This document shows, one piece after another, positions 11,476 to 24,995 of a stretch of 64,000 nt of DNA (within the stretch, counting starts at the first letter, position 1; each line of letters opens with the position of its first letter). Below the pieces are notes generated by a model, which was given only the letters and a program-made list of their open reading frames with translations, was not told the DNA's origin and did not search any database. Location: positions 71,796,001 through 71,860,000 of the forward strand of contig NW_026262701.1 of assembly GCF_021869535.1 (NCBI RefSeq), in the 5' to 3' direction. The DNA is from Mytilus californianus (lineage: Eukaryota). A program made the position numbers and the translations under genes.

Positions 11476-13339
11476 TGAAACCAAGTACTTATTTTCATTT
11501 ACGACTAAAATGCAGCAAATGTAGCAGCATCAGCAGCGTAGTAGTAGTATTAGTAAGAAAAGTAAGGTCGAGGTAGTTATTCAATTGTGTCAGCTATACC
11601 ATACATATACTTGTCCAATGTCAGAGCAAATTGGATCTTAGTACATGTATGTTCCAGTGAATGCTCATTGTACAAAACTGAATGGTTACTGCAGCTTAAA
11701 GACGTCTTTGTAACAAACTTGTATTGTTTGAGTTGTTTCTTAAATCTAACTTGCATCTTTTTTTGTTACTGTATACTGTATACATGTCTTTATATACCTA
11801 TATGGAGTTATTTTCTTTCAGATCGATAGGTCATTCTTTCGAAGAATCAACCCGGACGATACCAAGTTTCAATGAAATATGCTTCAAGGCGTAAAATAAT
11901 GACCTGTGTGAGGTCATTAGTTTCGCTAATCAAAATGCAAATATAATTTACTGAAACATTTAATTTGTTTGATAGTTATCGTGTGTTGTTGCCAATTTGG
12001 GGTTTACTTTTTGATATTCCATCTTTGATAAGTTTAAGGCAGAAACAGTCCTTTCCTTCGTTTATTAGACTGAAATACCAAAATTCGTCGTTGACGCACA
12101 TTTCAACTTTCGAAACAAATAATGTGAAGTTTTGTACATTTTATCGCTACAATAAAGGGACATTATGTGAGATGAATCTGATAATGTAAAACACGTTTAA
12201 AAGAAGCCAGGCTTAACACATTCGTGTGTAGGATTTTGAGAACCTAATTGATTCAAACTGTATTGGAAATCATACTTTGTCCTATAAATGTATAGATATT
12301 CGTTTTTCGTGTTGCATGTACATGTATCACTATTTCGTGCTCTGTTCGTGCCATTTCTTAATTTTTTACATCTATATACATGTATACCTTTTACTCTATC
12401 AAATGATCAAATGGCCATATATTCTTAGTTTCTATAGAATAACAGCCACGTACTCTATAATGGGGTGGGGGAGTATAAATCTAATCCTGATTCTTGGTTT
12501 AAAAAAATTGTATTGCCATTAAAAAGAAAATTATTCTGAATAGTTCAATTTGTTAAAGATTTTTGAAAAATTAATCTGCTTTTCCGCGATAAAAATGTCA
12601 TGAAAAAAACATAGCATCCCCCTCTCATTAACTAAGTTGATTCAATAAATTACTTACAAAGGGACTTGCATTTTTCACCGTTATAGGGCGGTAACAATTC
12701 ATTTGTGTCTTGTTTAATGCAGTTACAGTAATATTTCATTGTGCCTGGATAATGGTAACAAAAAAATACACTCGGGATATTTGTTTTGTCTCGAACAATA
12801 GTTTCCACGAATCGTATTACCAATTATGTTCAATCCATGATGCACAAGCGGAAATCTTTTTCTTTTTTTTTTCTTTGATAAGGCCAAGAAATGATATCAC
12901 ATCAATTACATTTATGAGAGCAGTTAGCCAGCTTTGCACTGACGGAAATCTAGTATTTAACCCTTAATCTGTAAACATTTTTAAATTGTCAATGCACGAT
13001 ATGGTATCCTGAAAATTCGTGCAAATGTATAGGTCGTCCAGTTTGATAACTGTAATGCAAGTGTCAATTAGAAGAGAACAGATGACTCAAAATAGAGTAA
13101 ACAATTTCAGTATTAACAACGCCAAAAAAATAGAAAGAATGTTTTTTATTCGGAAAGGAGTTTATGCTGAATCTGAAATGCAATGAAAAATATCTTTCTG
13201 AAAGTATTTTTTTCCTGTAGAGTTGATTTTTTAAAATACAAATTGATCGATGTTTCATTGCTTAAAGTCTAATGGAAAATCTGCATGCACACTTAACACA
13301 AAGGGTTGACTAGGGTATGGGAAAACCGATTGCGATTGT

Positions 13340-13645
13340 TAGGTTGTGTTGGATGTATAAATACGTAGCCAAGTGGGACGTTAAATCGGCGATGCCCTCT
13401 GTTGGGGAATGCCACGCTATCTGTATGTTGACGTTTAAGAATCCTTGAAAAACTCTCTTAAGGGCGCGTCGGTGGCCTGTCACAAGGAAAAGCTTCAGTC
13501 CATTTCCTACATACCCTCATTTTCATGTGGCAGTCCAAACTTCCCGTCTTTCGTCCCGGTGAGCCGGACTTACAGAACCTACCTTGTATTAATTGTTGAT
13601 TGTTACATATTTGCCACTGGACGTTAAACAAGCAACCAATCAATT
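13340..13645 (+). mobile_element. SINE-like repeat, same family as 4945-5247
   Basis: Shared core and TGGACGTTAAACAAGCAACCAATCAAT tail. Confidence 0.55.
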
Positions 13646-16600
13646 ATGCACACTAAGGACGATTAAAAAAAATATATATATGAAAATTGGATGCACGAAG
13701 CGATTAATAGAATTGAAAGATTCTATTTTTGGCCTGATTTGTTTTTGCTTAACGGTCTGCATGTTCATACTACTTTTTATTTTTGTTTCAAATTTTATGT
13801 GTATCTTGTAAAGCGTGTCTTAGTAGCAACCTACATACAGAAACATCATGTCTTACTATACCAATGATTTTTATTGAAATTTCACATGTAAGAAGACCAC
13901 CTAGTTACCCTGACGGGTTGTCGTTTGTTGCTGTTTGCCATATTTATTTTTCGTTTATTGTTATTTACATAAATCAGACTGTTAGTTTTCTCGTTTGAAT
14001 TGCTTTACATTTGTCATTTTAGGGTCTTTTACATATCTTGCTATGCGATCGTGGAGATTTGTCTCATTGGCAATCACACCAAATCTTCTTATTTGTATGA
14101 TTGTTCTTTCAATAAATTTTTCTATGCAGTACGAAAAACCCTTTTCTCTTGGAAAAGTTATGTACAACTAAGATGATTTATTTTTCAAACTTGAATTTCA
14201 CAATAGAAGCTATTATCTAACATGATAATCAATTCATGTTGTTCAAAACATTAATTGATGACATGAATATTTGCATGTACATGTATATCAGTCAAATTTT
14301 TATTTTGCTTGGCTATGCGTTTTTAATGTTAATATTTCGTTTCATAACAAATATTCATTTTCACAAAAATGACTTTTAAAATTTTACAAATATCTAACAC
14401 CTACTTTTAATCATATTTTATCTAATAAAAATAGTGTGTTTTATTCTGTAATGTCTAAAGACTACCTGTTTAATATGACCATAGTTCATGCTTCCCTTTG
14501 ATGGTCACCTTTAACAGGGGTGAATGCATTGATGTACAAGTAAAAAGATGTGGTATGATTGCCAATGATACACCTCTCCACCAGAGACCAAATGACGTAG
14601 AAGTTAACGAGTATAAATGAAACAATGAGCAAATCTTATACCGCATAGTAAGCTATAAAAGGCCTTGAAATGACGAATGTAAAAAAAAATTCAATCGAGA
14701 AAATGTATGTATTTGGAGATTTATCTATGTAAAGACTTGATCTTCATATAATTACTGTTTTTATTCCTGTTCAAAAGCCAAAATATTACAATGTCAGTGA
14801 TTAAGTATCATCAATCATAAAGTCACGTGTTTTATATAATGTTGTATAGTACTCTTTAAACAAAAAAAAAGCGACAATATACGTTTATCCTTTCATACTT
14901 GCTTGAAAAATCAATGTTCCTTTATAAAATAGCAAAACGGGTAATTAAATTTGCAACATTCATACCCGTTAAAAGTTTCTTAATATACTCAAGAATAAGA
15001 AGACATTAAGAAATAATGTTTCGGCTTTCAACAGGAATAAAAACAGTAATTATATTTCCTTTTATCTTTGCAAATTTCAACGTGTATTTCATTTACCCAT
15101 AACTATTGTGTTTATATAAACCATTAAATGGTCTCAATAAGATTTGTTTGTCTGATTAGCTTTCATTATAGGATTACAAATTTGTGGCACACGCACCGAC
15201 AAATTGCATATTTGGAATTGAAATAACGGAAATATGATATTTTCCGTCAAGTCTAACGAGGAGTAAATATCCGCTACAGTAAAATGTTTCCAAATAAAAG
15301 AAAGGACATTGAAAATCATTTCAGTGAAATCGACCATATGGTCGGCCAAATGTATCATTACCATAAAACTAATTAATAGCTGTAGTTGTGAGAATTAAAT
15401 GAAACAAGTGAAAATCTAAAACCAGCTTATTTTGAGATAATTATTAGTCTTGGATTTCAGCCTCTTATTAGAATTCAGTTTTACTATAGCAATACTATAA
15501 ACTTATATATCTCAAGACAACTTCTGTTTGGTTAAATATCACATTTATTTCAACAAGGATTGTCAGAGTAGCATATATAACATACTATACATTACATTGG
15601 ATTTATCTGAAATATAATAAAATTGTGAACAAAATAATGGCATGGCGAATAAACATGGCAAAAATTGTACAATACAAGACAATCATTTGGTTGCCATGCA
15701 AATAAGTTGACTAAATTTTAATCATATAACTACAAAACATCAGGGACTTTCAATTATTTAAATTTAATTACATATCTTCCTCAATTAAATGGGTTTTCAT
15801 AATCATGCTTCCATTTTATATCCTGCGTTATTAGTAAACGGTGTGAGCCAATGCTCCGTGTTGAAGGCCTTACCTTGACCTATAATGGTTTACTTTTATA
15901 AATTGTAACTTGGATGGAGAGTTGTCTCATTGGCACTCATACCACATCTTCCTATATCTACTTATTTGAAATATTGAGATTTAGTTGTGAACGACAAAGA
16001 AAGAAAACACTCTAGCTTCTTAACGTTCAATTAATGTAGCGTTTCTTTCTATTTGTGTTTTACAACTATTAAATCTCACACTCTGAGTGTTCATCTATGT
16101 GTTTTAAATGACTACACCGAGTCCCTTTTCACAGTTAAAAGAAGTAAACTAAAAATAAAAAACAAAAATCTATTAGATAAATTAGGTAATAATGTCCATT
16201 TCATATCAAGATCATGTAAACAAAACGCCAAAAGAGCGAATTTTCAATTTTTAAATCATTACAAATAACAAACAGCCACTACATACACATTGATGAAAAA
16301 GATTCTTTTGGATAAATAATTTTAGCGAATTATTTATTCATATTTATATTACAACACTTCATTTTCATACAGTGAGGTTTTATTGTTATGCACACATATT
16401 CATCGATGTTTTGATGAATTCCAGAATTCTTTCGGAAGCTAAATTCATGGCAATATCTAAATTAAAAAGACGAGATCTAAACTAAACATTTTAACAAAAC
16501 AAGATTAAAATATAACGTTTGCGTTCTAAATAATTAAAAAAGATAAATAAATGTTAATAAAAAAAAAATAATGAATAAATGATATGTTTATAACTTGATA

Positions 16601-16650
16601 ACTAACTGTCGACCACGTTAGGTATATAATTTATGGATATAATAATTCTT

Positions 16651-17094
16651 TCAGCCTAGGTCCAATACGTGAGTCATATAAGATATATAACAAATAGCTA
16701 ATCTTAAAATTTCAATTTTAGATAATTTTTTATCTGGAGGTAATGTTGGTAATAACTTTCGGAGCTCAGAAAATGCTACATTGAAAGCCTCTACACGAAT
16801 CCTTTCCCTAGTAGCATGAGCCGTTCTGTATTTTTGTGTTGCCCTTCTCCTGCGTCTGCGTTCTTCTCGACTTAAACCTTGTTCGTGAGACCCGTCGCCA
16901 TTTTGATCATGATTTTCATGTCCGTCAGTACAACTCGAATTCTTCATAAAACAGAAATCGTCCATGCTTTTTTCTTCCGAATTAGGTGTAATACCACAGT
17001 CTGATTCGTGGAAATCTGATTTTGGTGATAAGTTGTCAAAATTATGTTCCCTGATATATCCATATTCAAACATTTCTCTTTGGTAGTTCTTCAT
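16651..17094 (-). CDS. NHLH: NHLH/NSCL/HEN-family bHLH transcription factor, 147 aa, single coding exon
   Basis: C-terminus [60 protein letters not shown] is nearly identical to vertebrate NHLH1/2 as recalled. A splice acceptor (tttactttcag) ends 5 nt before the ATG, at 17100, implying a non-coding upstream exon. Confidence 0.96.
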   Translation of the reverse strand: MKNYQREMFEYGYIREHNFDNLSPKSDFHESDCGITPNSEEKSMDDFCFMKNSSCTDGHENHDQNGDGSHEQGLSREERRRRRRATQKYRTAHATRERIRVEAFNVAFSELRKLLPTLPPDKKLSKIEILRLAICYISYMTHVLDLG

Positions 17095-17237
17095 ATTTAC
17101 TGAAAGTAAACAACAACAGTGTAATTTAAAATATCAATTATTGTGATAAAAAGGTATAAAAATCTGTATAGTTTCAGTATTTGTTTTCACCAGCTTCAGA
17201 TTTTGCAACAAAAAAAATGGTATAAGTATTATATATC

Positions 17238-18004
17238 TAGTCAACAAAAGTAACGATACACAAGTTTGAACTCCATTTTATCATGAATTATAATGATTAG
17301 AAACAAGAATGTATCCATAGTACACGGATGCCCCACTCGCACTGTCATTTTCTATGTTCAGTGGACCGTGCAATTGGGGTCAAACTCTAATTTGGCATTA
17401 AAATTAGATAGATCATATCATAAGGAACATGTGCACTAAGTTTCAAGTTGATTGGACTTCAACTTCATCAAAAACTACCTTGACCAAAAACTTTAACCTG
17501 AAGCAGGACAAACGGACGGACGGACGAACGGACGCACAGACGGAAAAAACATAATGCCCCTAGGTGGGGCATAAAAAAAGTGTTAAAATTATCAATTATA
17601 AAAATCTCATGGAAAACAAACGCATATGATTGAAAAAAAAACTGACCAATTTGGACAGGGAGAAAATATCGTGTTAGCTCATTGAACACAGGGGTCAAAA
17701 TTATTATGCGGAAAATAATGACAACATCAACACTCAATTTCGAAGATGGGAATTCAGTATTCAAAAATCTGTTGTGGCATTTATATGTAAAATCAGACCA
17801 TGTATATGTTTCAAATTTTAAGTTTTAATATATAAAATTTATGAAATTGTGAATACAAGAATCTCGCGTTTTTGTCGGGAATCATGGTTTAGATAAGAAA
17901 AAAACACCCAGTAATTGTAGACCAATCGGCCAGATTTTTAGTTTGGTATCCAACTTTTTTATAAATGGAAAATGCATTGCTTGTATCTTTTCTTTTATTG
18001 AATA
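17238..18004 (+). mobile_element. Same MITE family, interrupted by the HINE at 17301-17575
   Basis: Left TIR at 17238; colinearity with 22180-22650 resumes at about 17576; degenerate right TIR at about 17978-18004. Confidence 0.75.
17301..17575 (+). mobile_element. HINE/pearl-like non-autonomous element, copy 1 (complete 3' end)
   Basis: Starts AAACAAGAATG, has a (GGAC)n-like microsatellite at about 17506-17545, and ends with hairpin ATGCCCC-TAGGT-GGGGCAT (17554-17572) plus an A-run. Near-identical copy at 54999-55249. Confidence 0.8.
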
Positions 18005-21000
18005 GTATCATGAGTATATGATGTCAGATTTCAAAGTGAGTGGATGTAGGTGCAATGCATAAACCCCCAGCTTCTTTTTAATGAAGGATATTACAAAGTG
18101 CAGACGATCGGCTTCATCTTTTCTCGGAATATGCTTTAAAACTGGACAAATTCTAGTTGAAATTAATGTACTTGTACTTACTGATGTTGCATACCCTCAG
18201 GCGAAATGGACCTTAAAAAGTTGAAACTATATTTTTAAGACTGTTTTGGTTGTTAGGGCTATCAAACGTTTTATATTTTGTCTTTCATAACTTTTGGTCT
18301 CTAGCGAACACCAGAACACATGTCAGTCAAACGATTGGATCATATTTTTTTTACTACCACAGGGTCGAAGCTGTTGCTAGAAGACTTATAATTCACGACG
18401 GTAAAGTCAGCCCACCTGTTATTTTCATGTTTAAAAATCACACAATTGTACAAAGAACTCGAGGTTGAAACTCCCTCATGCAAAGTTGACCTTTGGCTGT
18501 TTATGGTTGTTCCATTTGGGACATTTTTGTTTTTATGTTCTAAAACATTTTATATTTATGGTTTTCCACACTTTTGGTCTCTAGCATATCTGCATGATGA
18601 AGGGTATTCCTAAAACAGTTGTCACCCGCACGGAAATCAGTATGTCATACTTGGTAATTGATTTAATAAACCCTCACTATACATTAACTATAATACAGAA
18701 AAGAACAGATTCACTGCCTATCATTTGTTTCTCGTTTATGTTGTTATAGCATAAATCAGGCAGTTGTTTTTCTCGTTATAATGGTTTCATCTAACATTTT
18801 GTCATGTCGGGACCTTTTTGATTATACGATATTGGTTATGCTCATTGTTGAATGCCGTACGGTGGCTTATAGTTGCTTACATCCTCGTCCTTTAGTCTTG
18901 AAGGATAGTTTTCCCTTATTTCTATATTGGAAATGAGAAAGATCCAGTTTTTCTTTTTTTTTACATTATAGTATGAAATAATAAGGTTTTTTTTTATTCT
19001 ATGAATCTGAAATGTTTAAAGTTTATATGCATCTAAGTTTAACCAGTAACTATCTGAAGTTCAATTATTTCCTTTACATAAATTTAAGATACTAAAGAAA
19101 TGCTGAAAGGAGAATACGTATCGAAAGAGTTCTTTGTAACTGCTTCTATGCATTGTGTTAATACTGCTAGTTATTGCACATGAGTTTAAATATATATCTG
19201 GTACCAAACATTTATGTATCTTTTTTCACAGTATCGGGAAGTCCACACGTCAGAGGCTTACCGTATCAACATGTCCTCATGAAATAAAATTATAGGGCGC
19301 TCAAAGACAGATTTTTGATCGGTAACCAAAATTTTGATAGAATAAAGTTTTATTTCAGAATTAACAAGCAAAAGTCAAAATGGCCGATACATTATAATTT
19401 TTGTATTCTTATCATTTAATTTAGTAATTGGAATAAATGTAATTTTATGCACATTTTGGAACTTGGATTTAATGTTTATTTGCATGTTTTAAAAAAATAT
19501 TTAAAAAAATCAGTTACTGATCAAGAAATATTTTAAACGTTTGAAATTAAATGTTTTTTTTCACTGTAAAAATGCACCCTCTCCAAAAAATATCCCACCC
19601 CAAAAACTCTCACACATGCGCACGCATATGAAATAAACCATGCATATGTCACCAGGACTATTATTCAATGAGTAGGCAGATCCGATATTAGTTTATAACG
19701 CAATTTGGTTAATTTCAATTTTATGACAGCACAGTATCACGAGTATCAAATCTGGTTAAGAAATTTGTTTCTGTCATATCTGAGGTTTTTAATGATATAT
19801 AGTTACATTTGTGTTTCCTGATACCTCGCATTTTCTGTCACAATATAATTAGTTCCTTATAGTCAGAAAGGCCTAGAATAAAAGAGCTATAAAAGCTTAA
19901 TCTGTGTAAATCTACAGGCAGCTATAAATCCAAAATAGTCTTAAAAAATCAAAAAATGCATTTATGTACAGTGCATTTTTGTTTAATTATGTCTCCTTAT
20001 TCAGCAATACTAATAATAACACACGAAGAGGCAGTCATGCTGTCTCAGTCTGTATAAACCATTTGTTTTGGAGGGAAATTATAAGTGGATTGAATATAAT
20101 ATACGGTCAATTGCCACGTCTGTACAGTGGTAGGTATAGTGCAAAACTTCCTGTATGATTTGAAATATAGGATAAAACGTACCGTGTTGACAGGCCCGTA
20201 AAACATAACAACTGAGAAAGTGAGTGTCCAATCCCAAAACATAGGATTCAAAATATCTTCGACCACCAACAGTTCACTAGAGGCAATGTCAAGTTAATGT
20301 CATAAATCAAGAATATGTACGAACTTTGCTTAGTTTGAAGAGAATTACACTAGACAGTTGTTTTAGTTTTTAATCAGGGAAATGCAGGCAATAATTAAGT
20401 TCGAGATACATTTAAAGAAACAAAAAAATAATAATAGTAGAAACGAGAGAGGGCGATCACTAGTCGGTATTTACATCCTTGTCCCGTTATTTTTTCATAA
20501 ACATTTTCTTATCTTTATATTGACTAAGTATTTTTAAGTCATGTCTCTGATTTTTTTTGTGATATATTCTGCATGCGTTTCGTCGTTATATTTTTTAAAT
20601 ATCTCATATAACTTGTAATTAGTAAATTATGCTGGTGTTTCAAATAATTGAAAAGTTTTATACTTTACCCTCATATTTCAAATAGATGAAATATAAAATG
20701 AAGATGACGGCCAGTGTGTGTATAACGAATCTTCATTGTAACTTTATTATTTCATGGGAAACCTACCACGATATAATTCCCTAAATGAACTCATTTAGCT
20801 GTAAAAAGACATCATTTTCTGTCTTTTCATCAGTTCTACTCTATGACTGAAGGAAATAAATTCCTCTATTATTGCGTTAAAGGGAACCACTTTGAAAATG
20901 TTAGATGTGTTAACGGGGGAATAATTCGATTATTGAAATAGTCATACCCATTAATATCCCTACGCCGACCTCGCGTGTTTATTGAATACGACAGGTCTCG

Positions 21001-22179
21001 TGAGAATGTACGTTAATTCAATGACAGGCACAATAATTCCTTAACAAGATGTTAACTGGTTAGAAATGTTTAGAGATGAGGGTACTTTTGAAAATATTTT
21101 ATTACACTCGACTAAAGGATGTTAATTTGGTACGAGCAAAAGGTTTCGCGTCGAACCATTGTGTTGTATGTCAATACAAGCTACACAAGAAATTCCATTC
21201 TAATAAAGATGACTTATTGTAATTGATAACTTTTGAAAACTTTGTGCTCGTGTACAGGTTTGAAGTAATGTCCCGTGAAAATTCCAACGAAATTTGTTCA
21301 AGCTGACATAACGTTCGTGATACTTTTAAAGCTTCGCATGCCCGGGTGAAGTGGTCGAATGGGTTGTTCAATATTCATGTGGTGCTTCGCTATTTAGGCT
21401 CAACGGTTTATTTGAGATCCTTAGTTCATAGAATGTATTGTCCCCACCTTATATTATAGTATGATCACCGTTTTAGTTGTCATTCGACGTCCGGTCAAGA
21501 AGGGGACGTTAGATTCTATGTTCATTGCATGGTTCTAATATTTTGTGCTGATTATGCATTTTGTTTTTTTACATAAAAGTTATCTATATTTTCTCGGATG
21601 AGTTGTGGTTGGTCTGTTGTACTATCCAACAAACAGTGAAACAATAAAAAAGAAGAATTTTCAAAACCAACGACGATATTTATGATAAAAACAATAAATG
21701 AAAAAAAAACAATTATGGTAGAAAGCAACCAAAACAAACATTGAAAACAGTCTCCTTGTCTCTTGTGGAGAGTTGTCTCATTGGCAATCATACCACATCT
21801 TCTTTTTTATATCCTTACTTGGGACATGCACATTCATAATGTGGCGGGGTTAAACATTTTCGTGAGCGCTCAACCCTCCACCTTACATGGGGCATTATTC
21901 GTCACAACAAAACATACGAAAAATCTAAAAACCATTACGATGTTAACTTTTAAAAAAATATGCCAAATTTAGGTTTTGACTCAGATTTCTGAACATGGAA
22001 CTGTGATAGTGCGATTGAAGCCTGTTGCCATATGGACATATATTCTTGCTCAATTATATTTTCATGATTGCTATTAACTTACTTGCTTTGAATTTGTTAT
22101 GAATCTTTATGTTTTATGGATTTGTAAAATGTTTAAGTTCAATATACATTTGTACTGCTATATGTCTCATTATATACTA

Positions 22180-22650
22180 TAGTCAACAAAAGTAACGATA
22201 CACAAGTTTGAACTCCAATTTATCATAAAATATAATAAATAGGAAAAACTGTTAAACTATCCAATGAAAAACATTCATTTGCAAAGCAAATGCATATGAT
22301 TAAAAGAATCTGACCAAATTGGAAAGTGAGAAAATACCGTGTTATTGAACACAGGGGTCAAATTTATTTTGCGGAAAATGATGACAAAAGTCGGCACTTA
22401 ATTTTGAAGATGAGAATTAAGTATTCAAATATCTGCAAAAGCATTCAAAATTTTAAGCAGACCATGTTTAAGTTTAAAGTTTTAAGTTCTAATATCGATT
22501 TTTGAATTTTTGGGCGAAAATACGATTTTTGAAATAACAAAAATTGCCAAAAAAATAGACCAATTGGGCAATTATTTACCTTGGTACAGTGCATCAAATT
22601 TCATTATATATGGAAAATACATTGCCTTGTATCGTTTCTTTTGTTGACTA
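22180..22650 (+). mobile_element. ~470-bp MITE with ~27-bp TIRs (reference copy)
   Basis: TAGTCAACAAAAGTAACGATACACAAG ... CTTGTATCGTTTCTTTTGTTGACTA, set in TA-rich flanks. Other copies at 17238-18004 and 34890-35429. Confidence 0.8.
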
Positions 22651-24016
22651 GTATATATATATATTGCAATTTGTGGTATGGAAGTTTTTACAAATGAAAC
22701 AAACACGAACAAACTGATAGACAGATGAACTTTAATATTTCAATTAAAATGAAATTATAAAATTTGCACTTTAAATTATATGAACACAAAGGTTAGACAA
22801 ACTAAGACGATGCACATGTCGTTTAAAACTGTAGAAGCTTAACTTACAATCTCAGGCAAAGTCGGACGAAATATTAAAAAAAAAAATGTACTTAAAGATT
22901 TATATGAATCTAAATAGTTCTTAAACATGTTACCATAACACATCATATTCTCAGTTAATCTCTTATTTCAACAATCCTATTAACTTTTCCTGATACTGCT
23001 TAAAGATTATACCATTGTTTTCAGTAGCAATTACTGTTCAAATGACCACCAGATATACCGCTTGGAGACGTTTAAGGCTCTTGTAAAAATTTTATTTCGT
23101 TTATAAACTGTTTATTCCCCGGGAAAGAAGAAGATTAAATGGAATTCCGGAATGTCTTGCCTTAAAGCTTTGTTCATTATTAGACATTCTATGCCAAAAG
23201 CAGATATAATTTTGAACAAAGCTTCATCTTGCTCTTTGTTTGTCTTTTACAATGAGAATGATACATTAGTTATTAACTATACATTAAACGACTTATTTAG
23301 TGTTTCCAATTTCAAAAGACTTTAGTTGTAATGAAGGAAAAGATATAAATCCAGAAAGCTGCATTTTCTACTTTTTTCTACAGTTTGTAGGGAAAAAAGA
23401 ACAAATAATCTTCATGGACTGTTTGTATAAATGTCATGCACTTTTAGATGTTTTTATTTTTATTTTGTTAGAATTAGATTTATATATTTATTTCTCAATA
23501 CATAACCTTTTTCATAAAATGTAAAAAGTATAACAAATGCTATGAAGAACCTTTTCATGGTGTTCCCATGCATGTTGCTAAGTAATTGTTTTCGGAGAAT
23601 ATATTGTTTTCTCTGTGTCATATACAATTTAATATGAAATTACAAGATAAAAAAATCGCATAAACAGAAAATTCTTTTGCACACACTTACTCTAGAAAAG
23701 GACACATAGATATGGGACAATTTAGTAGGTAATTTCTATAATCATTCCAGTATTTTTTTTCTACAAATGGAAACAATTCCGATGAGTCTGGTTATACCCG
23801 TCAAAAAATATAATTGATGAAATACTATGAAATGAATTAAGCCGTGTATATAACTGTAAGTAAAGTAATCTAAAACTTAATACTTGCACAGTCCATAATC
23901 TTGTAAAAATGAAGAATCATCTTTACCTCTAGTAGGCTCTACTAACTCTACTAAAACTTGAAACCAATTACCATAACAATCATAGCAATGCTTCATGAAA
24001 TTATATCATTAGAAAA

Positions 24017-24183
24017 AAAGTAAAATAACAAAAATACCGAACTCCAAGGAAAATTCAAATCGGAAAGTCCCTTATCAAATGGCAAAATCAAAAGCTCAAA
24101 CACATCAAACGAATGGAAAACAACTGTCATATTCCTGACTTGGTACAGGCATTTCCTCATGTTTAAAATGGTGGATTAAACCT
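24017..24183. repeat. Dispersed repeat family B (AAAAGTAAAATAACAAAAATACCGAACTCC...)
   Basis: Copies at 385-441, 9232-9360 and 29070-29252 (inverted) and 48041-48255 (same sense). Confidence 0.85.
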
Positions 24184-24750
24184 GTGAAGTGGCATTAATA
24201 CATGTTGCCTAGCATGCTTTATTTGATTGTATCGTTTGAATTGGCGGCAAATAAAATATGGTGGCCCTAGATCTTATTTACGACACTTGACTTATTGACT
24301 TCACACAACAACAACTGTAGCACTATTACAGCAGACTCTCAACACTTAAAGGGGCATCTGTGATATTCAGAAATTGCAACCAAATAGGGAAAAGGCTGTA
24401 TGATTCACGGGGCCGATGGAAAGCCAGAGTATCCGGGGCGAGGGAGATCTTTTTTAAGATTTGTTTCCATTTTTTGCGGATAAGGCGTATTAAATTGAAC
24501 TTACATAATGTGTAAAAGAGCCTTTTTGGGCGACGATGATTAATAACTACTATGGCACGTTTATTTATGTCTATTTTTTTATCACAGAAAAGGTGAAAGA
24601 TATGTCTATGTACAATTTATCGAAAATACCATTCATGCTTACAGTTTACTATGCTAGACGCGCGTCTGGTCTACAGAAGATTCATCATTAGCGCTCGAAT
24701 TAAAACAGTTGGATGGCCAAATCAATGAAAAAGTTAGCATAAAATTCAGA

Positions 24751-24995
24751 ATGGAAATGGGAAATGTGTCAAAGAGACAACAACCCGACCAAAGAGCAGA
24801 AAACAGCCGAAGGCCACGAATGGGTCTTCAACACAGCGAGAAAATCCCGCACCCGGAGGCGGGCTTCAGCTGGCCCAGAAACAAAAATGTGTACCAGTTC
24901 AGTGAAAATGAACGTCATACTAATCTCCAAAACATATAAGCATGCATTGAAAACCAAATATTCCAAATGAATTGTCTCCCACTTCAAGTCACATG
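24751..24995. repeat. Dispersed repeat family C (ATGGAAATGGGAAATGTGTCAAAGAGACAACAAC...)
   Basis: Inverted copies at 34205-34352 and 56830-56882. Confidence 0.8.

Noticed and set aside
12926-12936. AGCCAGCTTTG match to the middle of miR-2
   Set aside because: It lacks the seed and any hairpin; consistent with chance.
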